In this document: positions 38,026-52,087 of the stretch, piece by piece | How positions within the stretch are numbered: the stretch's first letter is position 1 | Layout of the letters: the number at the start of each line of letters is the position of its first letter | NCBI GenBank assembly: GCA_000320545.1 | Contig: ADNK01002810.1 | Location: 1-55,553 of the forward strand | Reading direction: 5' to 3' | From: Bigelowiella natans CCMP2755 | Taxonomy: Eukaryota; Protista; Cercozoa | DNA length: 55,553 nt | Notes under the pieces: generated by a model | Databases searched by the model: none | What the model was told of the DNA's origin: nothing | The model's input: only the letters and a program-made list of their open reading frames with translations | Made by a program: the position numbers and the translations under genes

Positions 38026-38149
38026 GTATAGTGTGATATTCATTTGACCAGGTTTGGCCCGAGTTTCGGAACTTGCTTGCGAGGGCGCCCTGAGTGCAAC
38101 CCAATATTCGTTTCACCAAAAGAGCCGGCTTATCCCTCTATAGCTCTCG

Positions 38150-38198
<49 letters not shown>

Positions 38199-38221
38199 CC
38201 TGTGTGTCTGTCTGTGTGTGC

Positions 38222-38262
<41 letters not shown>

Positions 38263-38389
38263 GGGAGAGAGAAGGAGAGAAAGAGAAAATTTAGGTAACA
38301 TTGAGGTGACAAAATCTGCAACTGAAGATTAATAAGTATGTCGAAGATATTATGTATATACACACACACACACAGAGAGAGAGAGAGAC

Positions 38390-38438
<49 letters not shown>

Positions 38439-38925
38439 ATATAAATGCTAGGATGCGTGCGATAGCTTGAAAGGAACATCTTCCTACAATAGCTGCTGCT
38501 TTGATATCAGCATCTTCAAAGACGATGAAAGGAGCATTTCCTCCTATGGCGGTGCCAGTATGCAAACACAAGAGCATGATAAAGGAAGAAGAAGAAGAAG
38601 AAGAAGGAGAGGGGGAGGAAGATGAAAAATGAAATGTCAAGACAAGACAAACGTTCACGGTTTCTTTCAATCTGTTTAGGATGACAGCACGTATGATAAT
38701 CGCACTCACACACACACACGTATACACACACATTGCACTACTGCCAAAGGACAGCAGAGTGTTGGAAATCTGACCACCTTGCTATACCTTACAGCACACA
38801 CTAATTCATATGTATTTACACACAAGCACACACACACACACACACACATACACATACACACAGTTTATAATCATATACAGCATTGCTTTTCGATAAACAT
38901 TATGGGTGAATAAAAGAGAAAAATG

Positions 38926-38990
<65 letters not shown>

Positions 38991-39145
38991 GGAGAGAGAG
39001 AAAGGGCACTTACCAAGTTCCAAAGACAACCTCTTCACTGTATTGGCGCAATCTGCAGCTAGCCTTTTCCCCACCAACGTAGATCTTGGCAAAACGCACC
39101 ATGCCAACAAAACACAAGTAACAAAAAACTTTTCCATATAACATA

Positions 39146-39192
<47 letters not shown>

Positions 39193-40279
39193 ATGGTGTA
39201 TAAAAAGCAGCTATTATACAGAATATATTGCAAAAATACAAGAGGGACGGCAGGGGATTAACCCAGTAAAGCTCAGCTTTCGAACAGCTTCTGATTCGCA
39301 CAGAACTAATGGAGAACAAGCACACCCACATCCACCAAAAAATGCAAAACAAAGGAGGAAGAGGAGGAGGAGGAGGAGGAGACGTCATCCAAAGATAGCA
39401 AGGGCGGAATGTAAGTAGAAGCAGGGGAGAGCGTGAAGAGAGAGAGAGAGGGCGCGGACGGGGGGGGGGGGATGGGAACGCTAACCAAGATCGGAATGAC
39501 TATTCACATAATAAGATGTCCATCTTATCCCGCTCTTTTCTTTAAGAAATGCCAGTGTATTAACGCTACATCAACCATGTAGGCACGAGAACGGGAAAAA
39601 GACTCTCCTCCGTAATGACCTTTGCCGACCCCCGGAGTGTTCGCTCGTGACGATGTGACGACTTGCAGCACGCCAGGCATTAACCCAGCTTCCTCTGCAA
39701 ATGCGCAGACACAAATGACACAAATGATCATAGCCTATCGAGGAGTCTTGGCGCGCTAGCCATTTAAACTCTCTTCGCTACAGCGAGGAGCATCCTACGC
39801 ACACCTCTGCGCTGAAAGAGGAAACACATTGCAACGCCAATGCTACTTTCTCGCTGGCCTCGATGGCAAAGGCCTGTACTTCTTCTCCACGCACTTTTTT
39901 AAAAACCCCAAACCCGCCTCCCACCCGGAGGAAAGAGGGAGAGACTTTACCTGCGACGTTGGCGATTGCAATGGCGGACAACGGCGTGTCTTCTGCTGGC
40001 TTTACCTGAGCATATAAAGCTCGATTGAAGAGGCTGATAAGGAGGGATTTTTGCTCTGCGTCTTTGCAAAAGAATGTAGCATTAGCAATCGTGGTAGGGA
40101 GGACTTACCACCATTGTGCACCCCGCTGCTAGGGCAGGGGCCAGCTGACGATTACGTTCGGAGAGGGGGGGGGGGAGAAATGAATGAAAGAATTATGTAT
40201 GGAAGTCAAGGCACTTGAAGAAAGTTCTTGCTTTCGATTGCTAATATGGTATATTCATATTCTTATATTCACATACATA

Positions 40280-40316
<37 letters not shown>

Positions 40317-40631
40317 AGTCTTTTAGCTTCATCAAGCGCATGAATTCCTTGCAGCTTGCAGTAGAAAAGAAAGAGAGGCTGAATGATCATTCTCAGGACA
40401 CCGAATACCGACCTTCCTCGTAATCATTGCGGAGGGAAAGTTCCAAGGGGTGACAGCGGCGCAAACCCCCACTTCAACGCAATCGTCATCGATTCGTGCA
40501 TGAAGTAGTAGAGAGAGGGAAAAAAACGGACGGGTAAGATCGTCGCAACACAGCCTAATTGGCTTTTATTCTTAACGAAGAAGAAAAGGGTAAGCTCGAT
40601 ATTGGGAGAAGGATGGAGAGAGCAGGAGAGC

Positions 40632-40672
<41 letters not shown>

Positions 40673-40809
40673 CAATAAATACAATGACAGCAGCAATTGA
40701 ATTGACGTGCATGACTAACGAGACATAATGGCGACTCTTTCAGAAGCTGCATACAGCAAGAAAGCTTGAAAATGCTAGTCTCAAACTGAATCCATGTTTA
40801 TGGCAACAT

Positions 40810-40846
<37 letters not shown>

Positions 40847-40970
40847 TAAATCTCTCACCAAACAGTACCTGGCTGCTTTATCGTCATCAGGCGTTTGGAA
40901 GAGACGTTGCTCGGAATGACCCTCCCATATGCCCGTTTGCCTGTGTTAATGTCAAAATCAGCAAGCTCAG

Positions 40971-41057
<87 letters not shown>

Positions 41058-42160
41058 ATATGTGTGTTATAATGAAGATTCCGTTGAACGGAAAAGCAGG
41101 AGCTTCTAGTGTGCATATTCTTGTCACTCTTCGATGTTTGAGTCACCTTCTTCAGCAAACCATTTGAAGAATGCTGCCGCATAAGCTACTTCCCCTCGGC
41201 TCTGCGCAACAACAAGTTTATGAATATGATACGCCGACAGGACGGATATCATAGAGTGTACCTCTGCCAGCGGTTTGCCGCACTCCACGGTGATGATATG
41301 GGCGAGATCTTTAAAAGAACACGTGATACTTCAAAATAAGTGTGGACGCAGGGCAAAAGGAAAAATGGATTTGCTCTTCGTGTCTCGTGAGGCCTCGTCC
41401 TCATTATTCTATCAAAGATGCAATGCTAGCTGCGCGACCCTCTTTGTAGTCGTCAGTCATTAGCGTGAACATGTTTTCCAGGACAGCCGCACGTTCCTGG
41501 TGCACGCAAATTATAGCAGCAGAATTTATTAAACACACCGGGCAGAGTGCATAGAGTATAAATAAACGAGCACGCTCAACGATCTGCCAAGCCATCATCT
41601 ATCATGCATGACAGTCTTGGTGGTTCTCAGAAGGACCCCAGTGGCGTCCAATCGCGCGTGCAATCGTCGCAACAGGCGCGTCGTATTACATGGGGAGTCT
41701 TAGCCGCCCAGGCGTCTTGGACCTCAGAGCATATCTGCATTGGCGCGCAAAAACAGAACAAAACAACGTTATGCATCCGGTGCGCTCGCAGTGGCGTTGT
41801 TGTTGTTGGTGTCTTACCGAGACTGCCTCTTCCGCGTGGGTAGCATCCATATCTGCTACTTCTGCAACTTGCGCCAGACTCGCAGGATCTACTACCGGCA
41901 GAGTACCCGCCCCCAGGGTGCTGGCCTCCGGAAATCGCACCTCAAACCCTCCAGGAGCCCTGTTGGTGTGGCGTTGAAAATTTGAACGAGAACAACCTTA
42001 ACTATCGTAGGGGTCTCTCTCACCTATACACCCCGCCATTCGTCGCAGTTCTAAGAGAGGAGAAAAGGCGCGTCGAGTGGAGGAGCCTTGCTCGGGTGGG
42101 GCCTCTCTTTGAAGGCCCCACGGCGGACCGGGCTCGGAAGAGGGGGGAGCGAAGCCTCAT
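34910..42160 (-). CDS. ALDH5A1: Succinate-semialdehyde dehydrogenase (ALDH5/GabD family) with a mitochondrial-type presequence
   Basis: Arg/Ser-rich leader [14 protein letters not shown]..; [44 protein letters not shown]|ST, LSLELG|[26 protein letters not shown] and [18 protein letters not shown]. Confidence 0.93.
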
Positions 42161-42441
42161 AGCACGGAGTCGATTTTGAACAAATTTACATCCTGATATT
42201 ATCGTAAAATTATTTTTCCGACAAATCGATCAGGGAAAGAGGACTCGTTGAAAATTCGGATATTTTTCTGAATTTCACACATAAGTTTACGATATTTCTC
42301 GCTCACTATTCTGTCCAGAGCGACGGGAAGCTGGCCGATGTCGCTCGGCGCGCTTTGTCGCTTCCGACCCGGTTCCGAGATTCGGCCCGCTATTACCGGA
42401 GAAAGCCGAAGCTAGGACGGTCCGATTTTAGGCAGGAATTT

Positions 42442-42852
42442 ATGCGGAAAACATCTAAGAAAGAAACAAAGTTAAAAGCGCGAGGCTACAGCCCCCGCCC
42501 AGCCCCCCCTACCCAGAACAGATTTGTATGCGCATACCAGCCTGGCAGGGCCGGCTCCTCGTTGGTGTCATCGCTGTCTCTTTTGTCACGGTCACTTCTA
42601 TACCCCCCCCTTCTTCACCTGTTCTTCTTCCAACACGTATGAGTAAGTGTGAGTGAGCTTGCTGAATGGATAGGCTGCTCCCCGCACATCTTGGCCGGCC
42701 ACTGCTATGCGAAGAGGCGGCCCCTGCTACGGGATTAGCAGTAGCAGCAGTCAACTTAGACTTGGGAGGAGGAGGCTAGGGTAAGGCACTTGCTTCGTTT
42801 ATCCTGTTGCGACTGCTTGCACATATCGACGCTGATGTGCCTCCTACCCTTG

Positions 42853-42890
<38 letters not shown>

Positions 42891-44038
42891 CATCCGCAGC
42901 CTTATTCGTCCAAGAGTCCCCCCCTCCTCTACAATGCGACGTGCCAGCTTCAGTAAAGACGGTAGTTTCTCCGACGAACAAATAGTTTGTTTGCTTGCGT
43001 GGTTTGTACATATCTCCGACGACTGCTCTCCGTAATGCTCGCCACTAACTAAGTGATACTCGCAGCTTTCAGCCAATATGGTGAATTCGTACGTGACTTT
43101 CTCATCGGAAATAAGATCCTTGGAACGGACCCCCTGCCTTTCGAGGTTCTACACCTTATGTGAACTAGAGGGAAGGAAGACACAGGGAGGGTGGGGAGGG
43201 GGGGGAAGGGGATGTATTACGTGTGCAGTTTTAGAGGATATCCAGCCGTTCCGACTTCATCACCAATTAACTGTGCAACGATGATATTCTTAGAAACCGG
43301 ATTTCGAGATTCTAAGCTTCAAGGAAGAAGCAACGGTCCAGCTGCGCCTATGCTTTTAACCCTTGACTTGTAGCTCAAATGATGATGATGATGGTGTAAT
43401 GATGAGGATGCTGTTTCATCAACAGAGTCGTCTCGCTCGGATATTTGCTCGAAATCTTACAGGTGCTGCAATGAGAGCCGTTATTCGAAAAATTGCGCGT
43501 TTGAATATTGGTGTTTCCTCTCTATTTATGCGGGATTTTGTTGGTATTTTTCCTCTCTCTTCCACCCCTCCCCCCCCCCCTCCCCTTCTTCCGTCTCTCT
43601 CATATGTCTTCTCTCTTTGTCAGCCGGAGATGTCTACTATCTCCGAGGAGATGTTGGAGTTGGCAAGAGCGCTTTCTGGTGGATAAAATAGGGGGAGAGG
43701 AGGGGAGGGCGCAGCGCAGCACGCATTAATATACAAAATATTTATTTATATATTAATTATTTTCTCCCACCAAAATCATCAATCTCAATGTACCCCTCCT
43801 ATACCATATGCGAAGGCGTATGCACAAACACACACAAACACACACACACACACACACACACACATCACATATAGACACACACACACACGCGTGTTTTTGC
43901 AGTCGTGAGTTTATTCGGGCAGCTTACGAAGAGCCTAATATGGCTGTTACGTCGCCGACATTCACGCTGGTAGTAATAGTAGTAGTAGTAGCAGTAGTAG
44001 TAGTAGCAGTCGTCATCGTAGTTGTAGTTGTAATAAAA

Positions 44039-44074
<36 letters not shown>

Positions 44075-45124
44075 TTATATACATTATATAAGCACTTGTT
44101 TTTAATTAAATTTGCATTCTATTGCTGGTTTTTCGATTGCCTCCTATGCGCGCCCGCAGATGAACGTGTACGACGATTTACTGGATTACCCGCCAATCCA
44201 CCACTACGACCTGTACAGAGTCGAGAAGGAGGAGGAAATGTAAACACCTATTTCAATGCAACGTCGCTACTCTGATCAACTTTCGAGAGAATCCATTACA
44301 GCGTCAAAGAGAACTCCGTCCTGTAGTCACTTGCAGAATAATACATCGTTGGTTACTCGATATTAGACTTATATCTTCGTGTTATATGGTGATATGATGG
44401 TGCGCAGGTTTCGTTTCGACCTGGATAAGTCGATCCCTACAGCCGTGAATCTAATCGAGTGGCCGGAGGCCATCAAGTATTGTTCTAAAATCGCCTTAGC
44501 CTTTCTTGATAACTCCCCCCTTTACACGATAATTGTACACATATAGATGGATCTGTACGTGATAGTGTTTTTAAGATAACCTGCGCTTTTCCTCTTGTTG
44601 TGCTATGTGCTCTAAAGGCCAAAGTGGGCGCCTGAAGAGCGCATGGAAATTCGAATATATAGCGTGAATTCGGAGGATATCAAAGGTTACGTGGACGAGG
44701 AAGTGTATCAACAGGTACGGGACTTTCGAGATAGCTGTCTATCTGTTGTTCTAAATCCATTAAAAACATGTGTGTATGTAGATGTTGTTACATGAAAGTG
44801 CTATCGTATTCATCGTACCAGTCGTCAGCTTCATGTATAGGGTTGGTTGTGAGTTGATATTGTACGTATAGGTTAAGGCGCTGGAAGATAGCGGCGAATT
44901 CGATGACCCCTACGACGACTATCGCCCGCGACTCCTAAGAGTACTTTTACTATTTTGTCATGGCGGTCTTTCTTCCCCTCCCCCGCCCACCTTTCCTCCA
45001 CGAAATGACAATGCACGTGTTATGACAGATGTACAGTGTGGGAAATACGTGGCAGCCGAGGCTCAAAGAAATTGCTGATGCCTACGAAGAAGAAACCATT
45101 CAGCAAGCGGAAGAACAACGTTGA
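42442..45124 (+). CDS. tsaE: TsaE/YjeE t6A-biosynthesis ATPase with an N-terminal extension; start uncertain
   Basis: GDVYYLRGDVGVGKSAF (Walker A), VTSPTFTL, IHHYDLYR and LIEWPE; stop at 45124. Confidence 0.88.
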
Positions 45125-45619
45125 AAATGTCACAACCAAGCAATGCGTTTGTTTAGATGTCCTTGTTCAGACGAGCTAGCGAATCCTGCGATGCTAATAC
45201 GTGCATGCATAGCTAGCTAGCTAGCTAGGCATAGCTAGATGCGTGTAGATCTAATGCTGTCTAGCTAGCTAGTCTAGTGCGTGTCCTCCGCATCATTGAG
45301 TGATTGCACCCATCTAGGCTAGCTAGCTAGCTAGCTATCTATGTGCGACAAACAAATACAGCGCTGATCATAATTGTACTGCACTATTCGCACGATGTGT
45401 GATATGTACAGCAAACACTACTAGACTACACAGTTTGTAGGATGCGCAGAGTATGTGTGTCAGTTATTTGCTGGGTCTGTGCATCAACAAGCACATGCTA
45501 AAAGCTTTCCACATTACACACGTAATCACAAACGTTGCCCAGTCTCTACTAAAAAATAAATTGTATCTATTTTGCTGTTTTCTCCTATTCAATCGAGTGG
45601 GATTAAAATATCTCATTGT

Positions 45620-47130
45620 TAAACAGCTCCTAATTTTGTTAATATCGATCTTTTGCTAGGACGGTGTCGAGGTCGCGCTTTCTTAATTGCCCGCGCTAAT
45701 AATTTTCGCTTTCTGTTGATGCGTTTTTGCTCCTTCGCTAAATTAATGATTTAAGAAATTAAATGCACAAAAAAATATCTTCGTAACACGTTTGCTGGTG
45801 TAAGATTTTATGTCAGACCTTGTCTTCTTTTGTTCCATCTTGCGATGATGCGGCGCCTTCCTTCAGAATCAGAACCTGATTATGTTCTGGGTCTTACTGA
45901 TTGATTTTATTATTCAATTTCATAAAATATTGCTTTAACCTAAACATACACTGCTAGAACCATACGTAGAGTCACTAAGGTCCTGAAAAAGATATTTTGA
46001 AAGTCATAGAATGAATATTAATACAGCTAGAAAAAGCGGTTTACATTTTTTGAACTCTCTCTGCCCTCATAATCACTGCTAGCTTCCGATGAGGAAATGG
46101 CTAAATTAATAGACTCTTTCGTCAGTTTATTTCAAATTAATTTGTTGTTAGATTATACCTTTAAAATTCGATTGTACTTTGGCCGACAGTTTACTAAACT
46201 TGATTCCACTAGGAGAGAATGTTGTATTTCTAGACTTTGTGGTTTTGGAGGTAGGGATGGGAGAGAACGAAGCGGATCTAAAAGAACCAGTTTCAGCAAT
46301 AAAATATCATATGTTATAGAAACATTAACCGTTTCGTTGAAGAGGACGAAGAGGATTCGGAATTTTTCCTTCGGTCAGCTTTTCGGAATTTCTTATGTTG
46401 TTTCTCTCGCAATCGTTTTCTACTTGTCATCATCTTCTTGCGAGCTTTCTGCTTTTTGTTCCTTAGAACTCCTAGTCTTCTAACCCTTGTAAAATAAAAA
46501 GAATATCTAATTCACTAATAATCTGAATGTGAACCTCTTAAATAATGTATACTTCGTAAAATTTCCTCGCGTTTTTGATATGTCACCACTGCCAGCAACT
46601 AAGTTGCCATCCGCTGTAAACATCCCTAAAATTTATAATTTATGATGTCTTAATTGTTGGCAACTTCCGATATTTCAAAGAGAGTTCTTCATTCATTCGC
46701 AAGAACCTGTTTCGCTGATGAGCTGAAAGGGAAGACGTTCTCTTAGTGGTAGAGGCCTTCAATAATATTGACAATTATTTTTTAATCATGTTTATTTTTT
46801 TTTTCTTGACCTAATTGGGGCTTCTTGAAGCGGTCGGAAGACTTGTCTTGTTGGCTTCGGTGTCAGTGGTTGTAAAGTGGTAAATGAGGATACGGAACTC
46901 CCTGGGGGCCTTTCAACGTTGGACTCAGGTAGAGGCGGTGGAGGTGGAGGATCATCAGAAGACGCATCAAAGTTGAATTCAATCGATTCTGACCGGAGCT
47001 GTATATCAACGAAGGTGATTAATGCAACTATGTTCTCATCGAACGCTGGAAATAGCGGCATGATAATTGCCAAAACCCCAACCAAACTTATTTGTCAAGT
47101 AGCCAATTTAAACGATGATACATGCAAGTA
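45620..47130 (-). CDS. Hypothetical basic, Pro-rich low-complexity protein with short AT-rich introns; ends approximate
   Basis: Splice-bounded exons such as [14 protein letters not shown]..., GSDSEGRRRIIARWNKRRQ and KEQKRINRKRKLLARAIKK. Confidence 0.5.
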
Positions 47131-47764
47131 GTAAAGTTTAAATCTTCAAATCTATGCGCAGAAATTCAATAAAAATTTACATGAAAATAACATTTTGAAG
47201 GTTCTTGCATGCTAACTATGTTTCGATGAGAGCGAACCTGTTTCACATTTGAATAGACTTGCCCATTTTTCCTAATCTCAGTCAACGCATTTAAATTATT
47301 CATATCTCCTTCCAGTATTGTGGTCTTGCTTGGTAACACGGACGAAACGATACCCGTGGAAACTGTGGAAACGTGAGTTTTCTTGTACTTTGTTGATGCC
47401 CTCTCCGAAAATGGTAGGGGTTAGAAAATGCGTTGGAAGATGGAAGTATGTCATGTTGTACCAATTCCAAACTTAGTGTGCTTTACCGCGTTTTTTTCCT
47501 ATGACAACAAATTATACATTACATGTATTTTAGGTTGTCGTAGTCTCATAACAGAAAGAATTTTCAAAGTGCAATGGTTTTAGTTTTCGAATTATAGATT
47601 GACGACACACTAGTGTTCAGTTGACTAATATCGACCGAGTATTTGGCGGATACGTGGCAGTTTTGGTTGACGCAGTCCACGAAAGGCGGATGCAAAGTCT
47701 ATTAAAAATAGCCTAATATTTGCACCTGCGACATTATACTACATCAGTCCTTTCGCTGGAGAAA

Positions 47765-48718
47765 ATGGCGACACACAAAGCAGCTGGGGCAGCGCAACCA
47801 TCATGCAGTCGAAATTGTCTGCCGAGTCCAGGTCAAATTCCATCTTTACGCCATGCTGTTTGCCTCCAACTCCTATGACTACAGGAGCAGAAGCGGGACT
47901 CTGGGTGCGCATCGCCGAACTAATTCTATGGATGAGAACGAACCTTCAAAGGACCGAGCTGGTCATCATGCATATTTTGATGCAGTTAAGGTTATTACAT
48001 GTTTTATTTCATAACAAAACCTTAAATTAATTAGGTAAGGAAGTCTGTGTTGATAAAAAAGGCAAAGTGGATATAGATCCGTCAATGGTTTAAGCGGCAA
48101 GTTGTTAATTAAGTTCATTTGAAGGCAGCTTACTGTTGCTGTATGCTGTCAGCTTCGTAATCTGGAGGAGGAGAATGCACGTTTACATTCTCTAATCAAA
48201 ATGATGGCGGACAAGGTAGTGTTCCCACTCTGTCTGCTTAAGCTAAATTGCACTCACTTTAATCTTTCATTCATACGTGCAATACGTGCAAGGGTTTGGG
48301 ACTTTATTCCGAAACAGAAAAAATGGAACTGAAGAATAAAGCTTTGACAAACGAGGTAACGACGCTGAAGGAGAATGTGATCAAGGATTTAGAGAAAGCT
48401 GTCCATGTTCGAGATGCTACGATCAAGAGTAAAGATCTCATTATCAAGGGCTTACGTGATGAAGTTTCTAAGTTGGAAGAAAATGTCGAAGACTTTCAAT
48501 TGGAAAGTGAACGACTCCGTGCATGCATTCGATCGCTGGAGAATAAGGTTCATTTCATTAAAATAAAATTGATATTTGAAATTTCACTTTTTCTACACTG
48601 TTTTTACAGTGCAATAACGCTAATGAAGAATCTCAAAGGCCTGATAAGAGCGAACCACTAAAAACATAACTCCTGTCGCTTAGAGAATTCATCCTGAACA
48701 TCGAAAGATATTTTTGAT
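47765..48718 (+). CDS. Hypothetical coiled-coil protein; ends approximate
   Basis: Heptad-like exons QLRNLEEENARLHSLIK and ELKNKALTNEVTTLKE...LRACIRSLENK with GT-AG boundaries. Confidence 0.55.
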
Positions 48719-48739
48719 AAGCTTGCATATCCATTTCAT

Positions 48740-49660
48740 TGACCTTCTAGAATCCTAGATTTTTCGGAAGGACTAGCTGCGTTCTTCGTGCATTCATGGA
48801 GCATGGCTAATGGAGATTTTTGCTTTCTTTCAAATTGTTCACACTAGCATTGGCATTCAATTCAAACGAAGACTTCATGAACCATTCGCGATGCAAAATT
48901 TCTAGCAGCACGTTGAATGTACTAGCACAATGTGGGCAAACAAAGCTGTTGGTCAGCACACAATGTGCTAGCATGATGGATTCCATCTCTAGATCTAACT
49001 GGTCTAGTCTACTAGTCTAGCTAGTAGTGCACGCATGTGATTGTCGTTGTTCACACGCTAGCAGGCTAGCATGATTGCTTAATTGCCTACATCTAGGAAT
49101 GAATGTTGGCAATTTCTAGCTAGCTAGACCTGTCATCTAGTAATGTCTAGCTAGCTAGATGTGTGTAGATCTAGACATCCATTGATTCATTTGCGTGTCT
49201 CACACTACTAAACTAGAACATTCTAGCATTCCATGCTAGCATGCTAGCGTGCTCACAATGCCTCAGCCAGAAACAGCGCACATGCGTTCTAGCGTTGCTA
49301 GCTAGCTAGCTAGCTAGATTGTTTGAAGCACATCCAGACTACTTAGTTAGCTAGCTAGCTAGCTAGCTAGCCAGTAGACATTCTAGACATTAGATGTGCT
49401 AGCACGCACTAGCTACTGCGCTTGTAGCTAATTCATCCTGCTAGCCTGTCTAGCTCAGAGCTGTCTATCTAGCTAATGGCATGCTCGCGCGACGTTCGAC
49501 ATGTCCAGATGTACTAGTGAAGCAAAATAACTCAACTGGCGATGCTCGTTTCTTATTGGCTACAACTCATTCTAGCATTGTTGAACAATCATTCCATGAT
49601 GCACTCCAGCAATGTCTAGATGTACAAGAACTAGAGAAAACAATCTGATCTAGAGATGCA
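48740..49660. repeat. CTAG/(GCTA)n-rich, TA-depleted intergenic tract
   Basis: Dense CTAG and gctagctagctag arrays (e.g. about 49297-49317 and 49348-49371). Most remaining TA are CTA- or -TAG half-sites. Confidence 0.8.
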
Positions 49661-50019
49661 CTGCGAAAACATATGTGCGCACTTCAACTATGAATGCAAT
49701 ATCCTCTCTAGCAGTGTTCGGTATACATCTAGATATCATCACTTATTCCTCCAGTTAAAGACCTATCCGAGTAATATGCTAGTCTGTATATTTTATGCCT
49801 CTTTCACAGAGATTCCGTCCGAACCTGTATATGTATCATTTTGCGTGAAAATGAGCATTTACATAATGTACATTACACGGTTCGGTCCTTGAACAGTCAT
49901 AGTTGCAATCATTAATGAGTGCTTGCTTACTAGATTATCATTCAAAAAAAATCTTTATCCTCACACAAAAGCGCACCCAAACACACACCACACATACACA
50001 CGCACAGAAATGATTTCCC

Positions 50020-50320
50020 CATGATTCACACCTGCAATGATGACAGCATCGGTCATTCCAATGAACAACCCGTGCTCCACAACGCCGACCTAGAAATGGA
50101 GGCGGAAGGGGGGGGTAAATCGGAGATTTTAGGATAAAGTACCAAACTTGCGTTCGAGGTGTTTTTTCGCTCTTCAAAAAGTAGTGTGCACATCTGTTGT
50201 TGTGTTGGTTTACTGTGTCAATGAGCTCCTGAGCAAGCTTTGGGGCATCAGGCACCTAGAACATTAACATTATGCACACTCAAAACACACGCAAACATAC
50301 TCACATCTCCCCCCCCCCCC

Positions 50321-50366
<46 letters not shown>

Positions 50367-52044
50367 CGTGTATATATGTGGGTGCGAGTATTGGTTTTCG
50401 TCGTTATCTTCAGCCCTCTTCCTCCTCCCAAACCTCGGTGTTGTTGGTTTCCCCTTTTTTAAATATCTTTTCCCTGCACGCTCGCAGCTGCAAGCCCAGC
50501 GACTGATTACTATCCTACCCATACCGGTTTATCGAAGAAGAGATCGACGATGTAGTTCCCATTGTCCGTGATCTAAACACATGGTACCGAAAGAGTAGCA
50601 CGATAATAAGAATAAGAAGGAGACGCAGCAGCGCGAGGCCGGCGCGCAAACGACGCTCTCGTAGGCAGTTCGTTGCACACGGAAGATAAAGCCGAAAGGT
50701 AAACCGCAACTTGCTTTCCTTGCGACCCAGAGCGGGTAAGAATAAACACAGTGCTATTACTATTACACCCGCCAATACTAATAATGCTAATGCCACTACT
50801 ACTTACTACTACTACTCCTCCTACAGCTACTTCTATTGCTACTACCGCAATGTTATCTCCATCAGGTTGGTTGTTTTGGGATGACCCCATGCGAAGCACG
50901 GCCTTTGCGGCTCCTGAGAGGTGGAAGTGAAGGAGGGAGGCCGGAAGGGGGGGAGGGGGGGAGATGGGAAAATATATATATGTAATCAATGAAAGTAAAT
51001 ATCTTTCATAGCAAAAACATTTTTTAACTTTTAGTAATCTGTATGTGTATAGAATATATATATTCATATTTATTTATATTTATATACGTGTGTGTGTGTG
51101 TGCGCGCGCGGCGCGCGCACGTGTGTTTCAAAGCATATATATATATAAGCGAGCCTCTTGCAATTGCAGTCCCCCCCCCACCCTCCCCTCTCCCTCCTTT
51201 ACTATCAACATCAATCCGCAGCTATAGCCCCCGCACCTTGGAGCGCAGGAAGCTGCTCGATAGCCCTGCGAGTATGCTCGTGGCAGAATGGCGTGATCTA
51301 TAGGCCCAACCACACAACCCACCGAGGCGCCAACAATGAGGAAGAGGAAGAAGTGGTAGTGATGACGAAGATATAAAGAATCACAAGCGAGCGCGGCGGC
51401 ATTGATGCAACGATGGCGCTGGCTCCTATTCCCCCCCCCCCCCCCCCCCATCCCCCCGCCTGAATAGAACGGGGAGCAGCAGCATCTTCTTTCCATCAGT
51501 TCTCCCAACTGCAGCTTACCTCCACAGGCACTGGAAAGCCAGGACCTAGCGCATCCGTCATCTTCGATTCGTCGACGATCACGATGAACTTCTTCGCGCG
51601 CGCCTCAACCTGCCCCCACCACCGAGCACAGAGAAAGCAAGCAACACAACGGCGTCATCAGCGATCGAACAGCCGCAGTTCCGAAGCTACTTCAGGAGCG
51701 CTGTGCTATGCGAGCCTTCGTGCGAGGGGGCGTTCTGTGACTAATCTAAGGAAGGGTGATTGCTGTCATTAGGTGCGTGCGGCGCTACGAGAACTCACCA
51801 TCTTTTCGCGGAGAAGAGCTCCGCCTCCTCCCTTCACAAGGTTGAGGTCTGGGTCAACCTACGGCGGTGGCGAGGGGAGGAAAGGGGAGGTGGGGGGGGG
51901 GGGGGTGAGAAGGCATGGTGGAAGTGGGATTAGTCTGGTAAATATTGATTCGCCGCAGCAGAGATCTCACTCGATGACACGCGCCAAGGCTACACAACGT
52001 CCCAAAACAAGCAGTTTCGCTTCTCGCCCCCATAGTGTTGGATC

Positions 52045-52087
<43 letters not shown>

